Assembly (NCBI GenBank): GCA_964187785.1
Contig: OZ076409.1
Coordinates: forward strand, 85,252,001-85,316,000
Origin: Amphiscolops sp. MND2022
Taxonomy: Eukaryota
DNA length: 64,000 nucleotides
Reading direction: 5' to 3'
A model generated the notes under the pieces. It was not told where the DNA came from, searched no databases, and saw only the letters and a list, made by a program, of their open reading frames with translations. Both the position numbers and the translations under genes were made by a program. This document shows positions 39,651-53,384 of the stretch, one piece after another. The stretch's first letter is position 1. Each line of letters starts with the position of its first letter.

Positions 39651-42294
39651 CCCAGGTCGTCTGTCATGGCTCGTTCATGGAAATCATCCATGATCATGGA
39701 TTTGGCAACGCATTACTTCTACTTTCATGGAAAATCCATGATTTTGACCCATGATTCATCCATGTTGAGCTATGTTGAAAATTTCGTTCAAAGGCGAAAA
39801 TTTTCTCCTACCGTGTCAGTTTTTGTCTCTTGTTCTTTCTCTTTATTCTGAGGATTACCTTAATGGCCCGGGTAGCATTAAGGACGCTTTTCGGCACCGC
39901 GTATCCTGAAGCCGCGAGATAGGTAAGATTTTAGTAAGCATTGAGTGGGCTTTTGATGATTTTCGACGGGATTACTGAAAAAGGCGTCTTTTCAGATCGA
40001 TTTTAGAGAAAATGTAGAAATATTTTAGTTTGTATCTAGATCAATGCCTCGATTGATTTCGACCTGAATTCTGCAATGATATGGTCTAATACCGATGAAT
40101 CGTACTGTAGTTTTGTTGATTTCATGTACTTTATTCGAGAAATCTTGTTACAAACGCCTCTGTTCAGATCAATTTTAGGGAAAATGTAGCATTGTTCTCC
40201 TGAGCCTCCAGTCCAGAATAAGGACGTTTTTCACTCACTGAATGCTTTGCTTTCAGTTGAACGGAATGTCCAACATTATGCTTCTAATTCATTTTGTTTC
40301 GGCTCAAGTAGTGGAGAGTGGTCAAAAATAGGACCATATCCTTTTTTGAAGGCAGTTTTGGCTATCAGAAAGGCCCGTTTCAAATTTTTTCAGCCATGGC
40401 ACATGGAATTTCATCTGTCACGACCCGCTCCCGGTCGGGATTTTTCTTGCTGCGGGGGAATTCCGCAGTTCTCAAGAGGCAAAGGCCACGGAAGAACAAT
40501 GCAAAGCTGGGTATAAGTAAACCTTATTTAATGACTTACCTTTGTTCAAACTGCAGCACGAATTAAATTTAACGGAAGCGCAACGTAAAATTTCCAAAAA
40601 TGACTTTAAGCGAAATAGAATTTCCGGTTCAATGTTTTCACACGCAACCATTTTATTACTTCCGGTTTCGACTACTGAAAATTCCATGCCAATCTAAATA
40701 CTAAAAAGAACATTCCCAACGCTGGGATCAATTTTTCTCTTCTCCACACTAAAATGAAAACATTAAAACATTATTTAATTTCGCGATCCCAACGGAACAC
40801 ATACGATCTAAAATGAAAAAGACATAGAAATAGTATAGTAGATTTGTTTTCAAAGTTTGAAATAGTTGTAAAATGCCACTTAAATCACAGTCGAGTAATT
40901 TGAGCAAACCTTTACAACAATATGACAGCGTCGCTCGAATAAGCAAAATGCTGGTGTTTCTAATTTTACGGACCAATAACGTTATAGCAAAAACCGGCTT
41001 ATTTGCGCCAGAGCTAATAAGAACCATTCTAGTGACGTCATTAGGAATGAATTTAAAGATGGCGAACCACTCCGTTCTAGCGCCGCTAGCAGCTAAGAAA
41101 GTTATAGTTAATCTTAATACGTACGGAGCCCTTACGGGGTGAATTGTAAGTCAATGAAGTTATACCCAATCTTAATACATGTAGAACAATAATGGAAAAA
41201 TCTGAAAGACAGGAACTATCCTAATACACCAAAATGCTCCTTAAACCACACAGAATTGCATTTGAATATTCAAAATGCCATAAGATTTAAATATTACCTC
41301 CCCGAATTTTACCCGTTCTCTAGTTAATTGAAATGCTCGTGCTGCAGGCTGAAATAGAGGAAATGAATGAACAAAGGGTGCTTTCCTTCAATTCAAGGAA
41401 AAACATTTGTTGTGTGATTATTGTGTTACATTTATTGGGCTAAACGATCTAGCTATTTTACTGTTTATGCGATTCACTGTTTATGCGATTTGATACTGTG
41501 TATGCGAATCAAGCAGTGTAGTTATGAGTCGGCGTGTGTAGCTCACCAGTAACAACCCGTAATTACCAGAACTATGTGTAAAGATGAGATGCACAGTGTA
41601 GTTGCCTAAACTAGTCATATGGTGTAAACTAGTCAATTACTGTACTGTCCAATGGTGTAAACTAATCAACGTACGAAGCTGTGTCAACTAGTGTAGCGTC
41701 CTATCAATGCGCGTACTGTGTGACAAGTGTAAAACTTCCAAAAAAATATTCGCGCTCTGATTGGACAAAAATCGAACTAGCAGGATCCTGCTAGTTCGTA
41801 CCGGCATGTGTATCGTAATGATAGCTTAGTATGACAAACAAGTATGTAACACAATTGGCTAATAAGCACGTTTTAGAGTTTGTTTGTCATCAACTCTGTC
41901 ATTGCTCACTTCTGTAATGGTGTGACCTTGGCATGTCACATTCCTCCCCCTACCGGATAAATTCGACGATGTGGGGTATTTGGTAAAAGCTCCGTGTAAA
42001 AGCTCCGCTCATTTACTGAATGCTTTGCTTTCAGTTGAATTGAATGTTCGACCTTATGCTTCTAATTCATTTTGTTTCGGCTAAGCAATGGAGAGTGGTC
42101 AAAAACAGTTCCATATCCTTTTTTGAAGGCAATTTTGGCTATCAGAAAGGCCCGTTTCAAATTTTTTCAGCCATGGCACATGGAATTCCATCCATGATTC
42201 ATCAATGATTCATGGATTTTCATACATTGCCCATGTCATGGATGGCGGGCCATGGAAGAATCATGGATGGCGGGCCATGGCGTGACAACCTGGG
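39651..42294. mobile_element. CMC-like TIR element(s) with nested LTR
   Basis: CCCAGGTCGTC / GACAACCTGGG ends with TA on both flanks; CATG-rich subterminal repeats; ~190-bp internal segment present twice (40228-40415, 42008-42193), so it may be two partial copies. Confidence 0.65.
40416..41940 (-). mobile_element. Gypsy 3' LTR with polypurine tract (41941-41952)
   Basis: TGTCACGA...CATGTCACA termini; TTCCTCCCCCT (PPT reverse complement) adjacent; 41820-41940 is similar to 47970-48095; may itself contain a CMC fragment. Confidence 0.7.
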
Positions 42295-42343
42295 TATAGT
42301 GTTGAAATGACGTATGGCTACTGAGGCACACTTAGACGTCGGA

Positions 42344-45300
42344 TGTCACCCCGCATGTCACATTCCTCCCCCTCCGGATAAGTTCGACGATGTGGGGTAT
42401 TTGGTAAAAGCTCCGTGTATCACAGTTTACTCCGTAGTTTTTGGCTGTTGTCGTATCTTACGGTTTTCATTCTCCTCACTGTCCCTGTGTTTAAGGTTGG
42501 CTTTCCGATTATAAATCATGGTTTACTTTTGTAATCTTTTTGTTCTTATTTGTAAAGTCTGGAACACCGCCTAATTTTTCGGTCTGTTTTGCAAATGGTA
42601 ATCTCTTTGACTTTTTATTTGACATATTCGGTCCACTTGGTGTTTGACCATAACTTATACATGTTTCCTGTATAAGATTGATTTCCTTCGGGCGGTTTTG
42701 TATTAACTCTTCAAATTTTGGTTTGCCTGGACTGGTTTCCCTTCGCTTGTATTGTAGCAATTGAAGTCATCATCCGATAAGATGTTGAATTCCAGGTCCA
42801 TTGGCTTTGCATTGTCCCTTTTCACTTCGCGGCTGTTCTTGTCGTCTCAGCCAGTCCTCGCTCCTCTCACAGTTTTCAGGTGTTGGCATTTGTTTTCGTC
42901 TTTAACCGCATAATACGGGACGTCGGTGGTTTTGGAGCTGGAGGATTGAGCATTGGCTGTTATTTGGTAACAGGTTGTGAAATGGTAAGAGGTTGGGTAT
43001 TAGTTTTCTGTGGATCAGTTATTTTTATCGGTGGTTACCGTGTGGTCAGTGCCCGAAACTGCTATTTGCTATTTGTGGTTTTTTATCGAACTTACTGCCA
43101 AGGAAACTCTTTTTGTAGGCCTTTTCATTGGAAGTGTACGAGTAGTTTTTTGTACTTACCGTACTGGGCTGTTTCTTTAATTGGGTGAATGTCATCCTCC
43201 CTTTTGTATCTCGGAACGTTGGTTTACCTCTTTGACATCACCAAGTGACCAAGGATCTCGCCTGTAGAACTTCGGGATATTCACACCCAGAGATTTTTGG
43301 AGTCGAAAGAAGTAGCATTTTCAGTTTAGATAATTTGGTCTAGGTTTTCGTCCATAATGCAGTTCAGAGGGTGATTTTTTTCCCAAAATTTTCGTGAATC
43401 TGAGTAAGTGTAGTGCTTTATTTAGACTACCGTGTAGATTTGGAACGTTTTCCTGATTCTCGTCACGTAACTTTTTCAGTGGTTCTTTCGACCAATCCGC
43501 GGTGCAAAACCGCGGTGTCCTAATTACGGAATATACTGTTTTTATTGCAGTTAATATTCTATTTTGATATAAAAGCACAACCTTTATTGCTTTAAGTTGA
43601 ATTCGATACGCTTTAGATATTGATATGTTCCAGCAGAATTGTTGTTACGGTTTCGTGATTGGTCTTTTTGATGATTGTTGCAACCGGGAAGCGCTGTTTA
43701 AGTCAACAGCAATTAGTTTAAAGGGGGCAGTTTGTAGTTTTTAAAATGTAAGTTTCCCATGAAATCAGTTGGATTTCCTTGCCTGGTGTTTCTGACGGTT
43801 TTTTTAAATACTTTAGTACTGGGGATTCGAAAGTTTAGGTTGTTACCGTCATTTAAACAAGCGGAGGTTTTGGCCTTCTTTTCGATATCTGCTCGCATGT
43901 TGCGCCGCAAGAAAAGAGCAGCATCGCATCATGTCTTGTTTAAGACTGGGTATCCAAAATGTAACGCGTTGAGTGATGCGTATCGGCGGCTCTTGGGGTT
44001 ACTAATACTGTCGTCGACCATTATAATTCACCATCGGTAGGTAATTTTTTTGGTGACCGGTTTGTAGTCTTCCGGCATTTGTCTTAGATTGTTTTCCTCG
44101 TGGAAGCATTGCAGTTCAGTTAAATCCGGATTGCTGTCAGTTTCTTTAACAGTGTTTCTAAGTCGAGTATGACGTTGCCTTCTTGCTTCTTGTTCCTCAC
44201 AGCATTACTTTTTTCGACTCTGCTGATTTGGACGTAATGCACTGCGATTTCTTCTATGGGCCCGTTTTGCAAGTCTTGTCAAGTCTTGGCGAGTCTCTGG
44301 GGGTAGACGAAACCGTTGATTCGAAAACTTCGTTGGTCTCCATCGGTGTCTTTGTAGGTGTAGTGGGGTTTTGCGGAGTTGGGTCTCCAAAATCTTTGAA
44401 ATACCCGTCTCCCGAGATGTGTTTTTTTTCTTCTTAAACGCTCATCAATGCCCTTAATTTCTCTGACATTGTTCTCTTTTGATCTTTTCGAGATGAGAAA
44501 AATGTCTTTCCAGTTTTTTGTGACACTATTGCAGCATGTTTCCAGGTTTTGCCAGTTCCATTCATCTGTCCACCGACTGTTGGGTTTCGAGTGAGTTGTC
44601 CTTCCGTCTAATTGTTCTGATTATAGTATCATCGGCTTCCCATTGGCGTTTTAACCATCTCTGGGAACCTTATCCGGCATTTCACAACGGAGATTGTTGC
44701 TGTTGTCGCTCACTTTGTTTGAGTAGGACTTGCTTCGATGTAATTATGCTGATTAGCGGTGAAGTTCATATTAGTATTGCCGTTGTTTGGTTTGCAGCGG
44801 CGCGTACCAGTTTGTTTGCGTCGCGTATAAGCTTCTCTGCCCGTGTTGATGGTGTTTGATTGGCTAAAATTCGTCCGATGCGGCTATTTACCGTCGCTAG
44901 TTTGCGCGATGGCATTGATTGCCAACTTTTCTTCGTAGTTTTTTTTCGGTTCCGCATTTTGGTAGGATTTCTGCAAATAAATCCAGTGAATTTATTTTTT
45001 TTCCAGCAGTGTACTTTAGTGTGGTATCAAACTGGTGTAATCTATCGAGCGACCGCGTTAGTTTGGCGCTATAATTATAATTTTTGTTGGTTCCATTTCT
45101 CGTCAGGTGTGGTTCTGGGGCTTGTTGGTCAGAAAACATTTGAAGCTGTTATCCATTATGGTGGAATCTAATCCGTTGCAAACCTCGAACTACAGCTAAG
45201 AGTTCCAATTCGGCGACCGAATACTTTTTTCAGTTCCGTTTGAGTATCGGCTGACGAAAGCGATGATTTTTATATCGCCGTAATATTACTTCTGCCCAAG

Positions 45301-48300
45301 CGCATTTCTGAGGCCAGTACTACAGGCGTCCGATGTGACAATGTAATCTTTGTTACCGTTGCAATATGCGAGGCATGGTTGTGATGTTAGCTCTCTTTTG
45401 ATGTTATTAAAATCAGTGTTTTGTCCTTCGGTCGATTCCCATTTTGTTCCTTTTTTAGTAATAGTCTCGTGTTGTCCGTCTTATCGGATTGGTTTGGTAT
45501 GAATTTTGCAAAGTATTGGTTTGCTCCCAGAATGATCTAAGTGTCTTAGTATTTGTTGGGGGTTTAGTCTGTTTATAGTTTCGGTTTAATCTTTGCTCGG
45601 TCTGATGTCGTCCTGGGAGATCGAATGGCCCGGCCATACTGTTTCTTTTGAAAAAACTTTTTTGCTGGTGTCTGATGTTCGAGGGTGCGGTCTTTTTTCT
45701 AGTCGGCGCTTCATGAAGTGAAACGCGACTATTATAGTGACTCTTTTTTTCAATCCACACGAACTGGCCAAAATAAATTACGAAACTTTATGGTCCCAAA
45801 ATAAGTCTTTTGGCCTAGCGAACTGAACCAAAAAAGGTTTTTTTACCTTTTTCTGCGTAACATACATTACCGGGAGAGACTAAAGGGCCCCCTTTCAGTT
45901 TTTTGGGCATTGTGAGACTTTTTTTCAAAATGTTCTTTTCGTCAAAGTGTCCCTCCTTCATCATTTTCTGATGTTTTGCGACAGCATAGATGGAAAATCC
46001 AAAGGGTGCCCCTTTTCAGTTTTTTCGGCTTTGTGAGATTTTTTTTCATTTTTTTAAGCCCAGAGGGTCCCTCCTCCATGTTTTTGATATTTGACATTAA
46101 TTGATTCCTCCTTTAAGCGCGCCTTACGTCTTTTCTTTTCGGCCCAACATTTGTACTGCGAACGAATACTTGACACTTCCCTGTACTGCAGAAGAATGCG
46201 TGACACTTTGACGTCCTTTTGGTATATTCGAGCCTCAGATATGGCGCCGACTTGTGTCGATCCTGGCATGTTCTGGAATTTTGTGGGTATGTCTGCTGGA
46301 CAGCAAAATCTTTTTAGGAATCGGTAGTTTTTGTTGATTTGTTTTTCGTAATGGCGAAGTTTCAATGTTTGCTAGTTTCGGGTGCTAGTTCCATTTGTCC
46401 GTAAGTGTTATCTAAATCTATTACAGACAACCAAAGGGGATCGGTGTTGTTCTTTGATAGTCTCGAAGAATTTTGGTTGAGTAGTTCGTCCGTATTTGGC
46501 ATATGTGATCACTTTTTAACACAGCTCTCGTTCAGTTTCCTGACATGTAGCGCACTTTTGACGGATTTGTCCTTTTTTACAGTAATCACTACGGGTGGTA
46601 CAAAAGAGTATCTTCGATAGTTTCTAGTCTTTTCATGTTTTCGAATTTAAATATTCAGTTTAGTTCTTTCCTTACGTCGACTTGTAGGTAGTTTACTATG
46701 GGTAGCGCCTACTGTTATTTTGGGTAATACCCTGATTTCATTTTCTGGGGAGCTGTTCTGATTGGTCCTTTTTGTTGGCCAGTAAAACATTGTTCAATTT
46801 ATTTGCTAATTCTTTCAGCCAATTCACACCCAGTAATGGTGTAATGTCTATTCTTCTGGTAAATAATAACGATAATTTCGTTGATATGTTGTTGTATTCT
46901 GCACTCACCCATATCTTCTCCAGAAAATTGATCTCAATCTTGATATCTGTCTTTTAGCAGTCGAAAATTTTAGTATTGGTTAGATTTTGATCGTATAGCT
47001 TGATGGTAACCAGAACGCCAGTGTCGACAATTTCTGATCCTTCCCGTTTTTATTTTTGACACGGTAGTGACTGTCAATATCTGGCATGTGTCGGACTTCT
47101 TCGGTTTCGCTTTCTTCTTCTTCTGAGCTTGCTCCATCCATGCAGGTTATTCTTCTTGGGTCGGTGTTGTTTTGTTTGCTGCGGTGTAAACGAACAAAGT
47201 CTGTTTTTTTCTAGCAGTTGTTGCTATTCATGGTTTCTGCCGGGTATATATGCTGGGGGGGTCCAGTACTGTTGTCCTTCTTCATTACTTCTTCTTCATT
47301 CCTTCTTCATTACTTCTCAGTACTGTAGTCATTCTTCATTTGCGTCATGTTTCAATGGTTGTTTGTTTTGTATTTTATTTTTGTCTAGTCTCGATTTTGT
47401 TTTGTTTGTTTTTTCAGAATCGGTTCCTGTTTGGTTTCTTTGTCTTTGCCGATGCAGGTGGTGTTATTGATTGTTCGTGCGGTCGCTCGTACCTGTTTTG
47501 GGTGTTTATTTCTGTCGTTGTTTTGATATTCAGTGCTTTTGCGCGTATTATTGTTTTCTCGTAATTGTTTTTCGGTGTAGGAATTTTTGTATCGGTAAAT
47601 CATGTTGTTTTGTTCCCTTTTGTACTGCAGTGTTACTAACTTCCTCCAATGTTATTCTGGTGCTTTGTTGTCTTTGTTTTGCTCAGAAGAAAATTGTCCA
47701 AAAGATGCGGTATCTAATTCTCGTGGGCATAACGTGTTGTGGTGTCTTCTAGATACGGTAGTTGAATGTTGTTCGCGGTTGTCATTTTTGGTTGTTTTGT
47801 CGATAAAATGTTTTATTGTTGGATCAAATTGAGATAAGGGTTTAAAGTTCTATCTAGCTGATTGCGCCATGTTAAGAACGCTACGATTTACATTTAAAAC
47901 GATTGATGTATCGTGAATTCTTGAACTCTAACCCGTAAGCGTTGTAACAAGGTTGGTTCATGTATCGTAAGCATCGCTAAGTATGACAATTAGTATATAA
48001 CATGAAGGGAGTCATCTAATTAGCTTGTTTTAGAGTTTGTGTCAACAACTCTGTGGTTGCTCGTTTCTGTAATAGTGTGACCTTGGCATGTCACAATACG
48101 ATTCCAGTTACATCGCGATCCCTGTTTCTGGCGAACACGCGGCAATTGGTTCCGAATTCTTAGCAGTTTCAATATTTCGCAGATATCCGGTTCCCTTGTA
48201 TTGGAGGCCAAGTCAATTTTGGCTCCAAGGGCACACGTTCACAAAAAGTTTTTTCCCAAATTTCCCTAGATGGTTATTGTTTTCCCGTAATTGTTTTTCG

Positions 48301-48821
48301 GTGGAGAAATTTTGATATCGGTAAATCATCTTGTTTTGTTCCCTTTTGTACTGCAGTGTTACTAACTTCCTCCAATGTTATTCTGGTGCTTTGTTGTCTT
48401 TGTTTTGCTCAGAAGAAAATCGTCCAAAAGATGCAGTATCTAATTCTCGAGGGCATAACGTGTTGTGGTGTCTTCTAGATACGGTAGTTGAATTTTGTTC
48501 GCGGTTGTCATTATTGGTTGTTTTGTCGATAAAAACTTTTATTGTTGGATCAAATTGAGATAAGGGTTTAAAGTTCTATCTAGCTGATTGCGCCATGTTA
48601 AGAACGCTACGATTTACATTTAAAACGATTGATGTATCGTGAATTCTTGAACTGTAACCCGTAAGCGTTGTAACAAGGTTGGTTCATGTATCGTAAGCAT
48701 CGCTAAGTATGACAATTAGTATATAACATGAAGGGAGCCATCTAATTAGCTTGTTTTAGAGTTTGTGTCAACAACTCAGTGGTTGCTCATTTCTGTAATA
48801 GTGTGACCTTGGCATGTCACA
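42344..48821 (-). mobile_element. Decayed Ty3/Gypsy retrotransposon (5' LTR remnant, gag, PR, RT, RNase H, IN, PPT)
   Basis: PR IVDTG (~47030); RT YRFLKRFCCPADIPTKFQ and KETVWPGHSISQDDIRP; RNase H YIVTSDACSTGL and EKKYSVAELELLAVV (45180-45350); IN MRADIEKKAKTSACL and SPSELHYGRKPR; PPT at 42363-42373. Domain order RT-RH-IN. Confidence 0.9.
45697..46272 (+). mobile_element. HINE/Helentron-like element inserted in the RT of the minus-strand Gypsy
   Basis: Sub-TIR AGTCGGCGC (45701) / GCGCCGACT (46244); T-rich target with no TSD; removal rejoins RT PTKFQ-EK..RTLEHQTPA. Confidence 0.75.
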
Positions 48822-48864
48822 ATACGATTCCAGTTACATTGCGATCCCTGTTTCTGGCGAACAC
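47548..48864. repeat. Local duplication (47548-48138 and 48274-48864, offset 726 bp) of gag start, 5' LTR edge and flank
   Basis: ORFs 47602/48331 and 48088/48814 have near-identical starts. Confidence 0.9.
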
Positions 48865-49400
48865 ATTTTTCCCGGTATTCTGTCCTTTTTCAGATTTTTC
48901 CATATACTGATATTATGTCATTGTAAAAAGGTATTTTTTGACATGTTTCGTCAAAAAATACAAATTGCTATTAGCGGGTACCTCTGTAATGGTCTAGAAG
49001 TGTCGCTAAAAGATGTCTCATATGTCTAGCAAGCGTTTCGAGCCTTTGCCGGTGTTGCCCAGCTATGAACAAGAGGTGCAAATGTGGAATGCACTATGCA
49101 TCATTTGGGCCGAAAGGAGTGTCTACGGCTCACCCCTGCAAATTCGTTTGGAGACGCCCTAGGGTAACAATTTTTAGTTGAGACGTAGCACAAGTTCTGA
49201 CACTGCTGACGGTCCAAACTGTTTTTTTCTAGCTGGTCTTGGTGAAGAGTAAAAACGCAAACAAAGTAAAAGTCTAGAAACACGGTCATTTACAATTTCC
49301 GGCCTTGGTGAACAAAAGTTTTGAGAAGACGCATTATTCGGCGGCGAATTGTTTTTGCATGCTGGTTTTTTCTACAGCAACTTTTTAAATGCGTTTGCAC
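48100..49400 (+). mobile_element. Old diverged copy of the LTR-end/PBS/leader of the 50198+ family
   Basis: GTTACA-16 nt-TGGCGAACAC at 48107-48138; AGCGGGTACCTCTGTAATGG and CTGCTGACGGTCCAAACTGTTTTTTCTAGCTGGT match the reverse complement of 62950-63300. Confidence 0.65.
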
Positions 49401-49964
49401 CTGTTTCGAGCAACAAAGTGGTAATTTGAATATGATTGTGGCAAAAACGTAGTGAAACGTTGAGGTTACATCATGTAAACATTATGTAACCACAACTGGA
49501 AAGGCCGTTTGAGCAATTTTTCGGACACATTTTGTTTGATTGGCAAAATAATCATCGAGAAATGTCATTGTGAGAAATGTCATACCGAATTTGGTATTTT
49601 GGAAAATGTTGTGTATATTGGTGTTTCCATACTATTCCAAGCAGTATGGAGCCATGCAGTATGGAATTACATGCGGTATTGTGTTGGTATATCTTTGCAG
49701 CGACGTATGTGGTCTAAATCTCAGCAAAAAGTAATCAGCTGTTTGAAACACTTGGATTGCTTGTAGCTGTGTTTGCATGATCTCTTGAGTTCTGAACATT
49801 TGAAGGTTTGATACTGGGACAGACTATGTAATCAAAGTTTTTTGACGTGGTCAAATAAATAAGGTGTTCTTTTGAAGATCCTACGGTTTGCATGAATCAC
49901 ATGCCAGGACCTTCAAATCCGTCTTTTGAAAATTAGGGTCTGTAGAAACTCTACTAAATTCGGG

Positions 49965-50088
49965 AGTCAAACTAAATTAGGTAATGACTTCAGAAAAAAA
50001 AACAATTTTGGTCAAACTTCTTCAGGATATCCTGAAGAAGTTTGGACAAATTTTTTTTTCTGAAGTCATTACTTAACTTAGTTTGACT
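49965..50088. repeat. Near-perfect ~124-bp palindrome, probable centre of a fold-back MITE
   Basis: Centred on GATATC (50026-50031); outer arm remnants TGTAGAAACT (49941) / AGTTTCTACA (50124). Confidence 0.85.
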
Positions 50089-52064
50089 TAAATTACATTG
50101 TAAATTCTTTCAATTCAGGTCTAAGTTTCTACATCTGTAACGATGAGCATCAAATGTTTGACATTGTGGAGCTTGAAATCTTTCTTATTGAACGTTATGT
50201 AACGGCAAGCGCTAAGCGTTTGGGACGAAACATTGGAGTGGAGGAACTGACACTATGGATATGGTCCGGGACAAACCACCATAGCACCAGCTCACTTTGT
50301 CCTCCTGTGGGTAGCCGGTCCCGAGGAGGGGGAACCGTCTTAAAGGATGCTCTTCGGCCTGTTCCAGTCTATAACTGCTACTAGTCACATGTAATACGCT
50401 TTTTCCTCGTACCCACTGTGTAAATAGCCTTTAGAAACAATGCCAAGGATAAACAGTGTGAATTTCCAATTCCAGGGTGAAATTCCAGGGTGACATGTGA
50501 AAAGGTCTAAAATCGGTACTAAGATCTAAACTGCGAAAACTAGCGCATGGGCTAGCTAAAAACAGTAGAAACACATCAAAATAGGCACGAATATGGCCAA
50601 CCACACAGCTACAAGCTGGGGCGCAGGGACTCCAAGCACCAAAAAAGGATAATAAAGAGAAAAGACGCATTTTTCCGGTTCTTGCTACTTTGGGTAGCAT
50701 AATGCTGAAAATCGGTAAAAACCGGAGTTAGCACCTCAAAAAGAGTCTATTTATGAATTTTCTACGCGCATAGGCTTCTACACTTCGTGTTCCCGTTAGG
50801 TCGTCTCCGCGGGCGGCTTGCTGCGTCTTCTGAACTGATTTTTGACAGGTACTTTGGCCAAAGCATGCTCAATTTGCCACGTCAGATTTGAACGAATTTT
50901 TGGTCGATTTTTCTGAAAACTCGTTGTACCACAGGCTTCCGTTACATCCACTCCCCGGGTCTTAGGCATGACGTCCCTGTCATGCGGAGAAGCTGGAAAC
51001 ATCTCCACATCATTGCAATCCACTGTGAGTTCAAACTGATGTTTTTTGCAAGGGTTCAGTGGCACAGTCATTTTTCACTGATTGGGCAACCTTGAGGTCT
51101 TGCCTCTTGCAATCCAGAAACCTGCATCGTCCCCAAACTGTTGAAACAGAGCTAGCCCTCGAGTTAGAAGAAAGTACTCAAAAATGCACCTTGAAATTGA
51201 TCAAATCCCAAAAATAGCACCAATTTGTTGGCACAATTTTTTTTGCACCAGATTTGAATATGATCTCTCTAGCACAGTGGTTGTTTGGACGTCTAAAATT
51301 TCTTTTTCAGAGTCCTCAGGCTCCAAAACGCACCTGGTTCTCATGGAAAACTTCTTCTCCACGGCAGTAAAAACCCAGTTCCCAGAAAGTTAAAAGATGT
51401 TCTCGGTAAAACTTCTTTTCAGCGGAAAAACCACAGTTTAAAAGGAAAACAAGCTGTTTTTTTATACTTCTTGTTCACAGTTTGGCTTGGTTTGGGCAAC
51501 ACGCACTGATGTGAAACTCCATACCTGTAAAGAGTTCAGTAGCATCGGTTAAGCTGCGTATAAGCAAACTACGAACTGCTCGCGAGTGTAAGCACTGGAA
51601 TGAAGTAAGCCAGAGTAGACAAAATCCAGCAATTAAGATATTTGGAGCGCGCGAGCTCCACAACTTCTGAGTGTCAGGTTGAAACTTGGAGAAAAAACTG
51701 AAAACCTTGGTAAAACTTTACGCACAAACAAAAGTAGCACCTTTTGGGCGAAGCAATACATGTTGAGTTTTTAAAGTTTCTGGGTTACTCATTGAATTGC
51801 CAGAAGTATTTGAAAGCAAACTTCTCAAATAAAACTAAAAACAAAAATGTCGCGACGTACGTTCACATGACTACTAAAGTTACGAATTAAGTAGCAGAAA
51901 AAACTGCTTCAATAAGAACATCACGCTGCAAGGTGTCCGTTACCAAACGTAGTGATATCCTCCGGGCGTTGTCCCATTGAGTTGAAGAGTGTAGGGTGTT
52001 TTTCCTCAACTGAGGCTCCCCGGGCCTTAATTGACTCCCCGTGTCTTAGTTGACTCCCCGGGTT

Positions 52065-53384
52065 TTAGTCGATGAGCACCCTACTTGATATGAGGATAGC
52101 AGGAACTAGACAAAAAAAGTGCCCAATACCCAAAATGCAGAACGATAAATTGGGTCTTGAACACGATCTTGGATAGTTATTCGGCGGGCGGCCACGCCTA
52201 TGTCCCTTCGGTCGGTGTGACCATGACAGTAGAATGGTTTCCGCAGCTGAGCGTGGTGGACGACCACAACGACGTCCGTCATAAAAAGATAGGAGCACTG
52301 TTTGCAATGAGTGTTCACAAGGAGTGCGCTGTGGTCGACCACGTCTATGTCCAGCTGGTCGAGTTTTAGCTGAACCACCAGGCAAGCCTGTGACGAAGAT
52401 TGGTGGGTTTGCCAAAGTAATATTCGGCAGACCATGATTGGCAGAACGTGGCACAATAGATTCTTTCAACAAATCCGGCAGCAACTTCGAAATTAATAAT
52501 GGGGATTTTGTTCCAGGGAAGTGAGAGTCTCATACCGAATCCATTGGAGTTGCCGATAGGTGATTTTGAAGAAAGTTTGGCGTTGGTGCTGTTTCAGCTT
52601 CCAACACAGCATTGGCAGATAGAATCCTTGTTGCGTAATTTGTTGCAGAGCAAGAATTTAGAGTTGAGGGTACCCTCTCCCTCTTCAATGATGAAGTGGA
52701 GGGTAAGGTTGTTATCAGTTCATCTTCCGTATCGCTTGTGCAGGGATTGCCCTCGAGCAATCCATAATCAGCAAGGTGATAAATGGGTAACGTATCAGCA
52801 ATGCCTTTGGTTGTAGTGTCCAAAAACATTGGGTCTACCCCCATATCTTTTGTAGGCGGTGTCATTGGTTCTACTTCGGAGTCGGTTGGAATATTAATAG
52901 TGGCACTTTCGAAGTGTGCTGCTACACTTATCGACTGCAATTGCGCTAGCGCTCGAGCTAGCAATTTCTCTCTGCGTAGATCGCTTTGTGTCAACAAGAT
53001 TGATAACTCATCCATCTGCTGCTCCAGGGTCCCTAGCTTTTGGTTCACTGCCTGACAAGTCTGAAAACAGGTCTCATGGAGAAAAGTCATTCTCGACGAC
53101 GATACTGAACTAAGACTAGAAGCCTTTATGCTCTTCTCCGGCTCAGTATCTTGAGAGTTAAATGGCATTAAGTCTAGAAAATCGTAGACAAGTTTGAAAC
53201 TATCCTCCAAAGGCCAATCTTCCAAGTTCAGATCCTCTAACTTTGTCGATCGGTCATGTTCATCTACCATTTGAGATTCACATTCTGTTTTCAAAACAGG
53301 TTCAGCGATAGGCGGTGCTGCACTGACATCCTCTTCCCCCTTGAAAAAGGAACGGAAGCGGTCTAGGACTTTCCACAAATTCAT
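52065..53384 (-). pseudogene. 439-codon unknown ORF (coiled coil, S/T/P-rich, RGRP AT-hook-like motifs), one in-frame stop at 52530-52532
   Basis: ORFs 52530..53384 and 52065..52484 are in the same frame; the TGA is TGC in the second copy. Confidence 0.7.
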
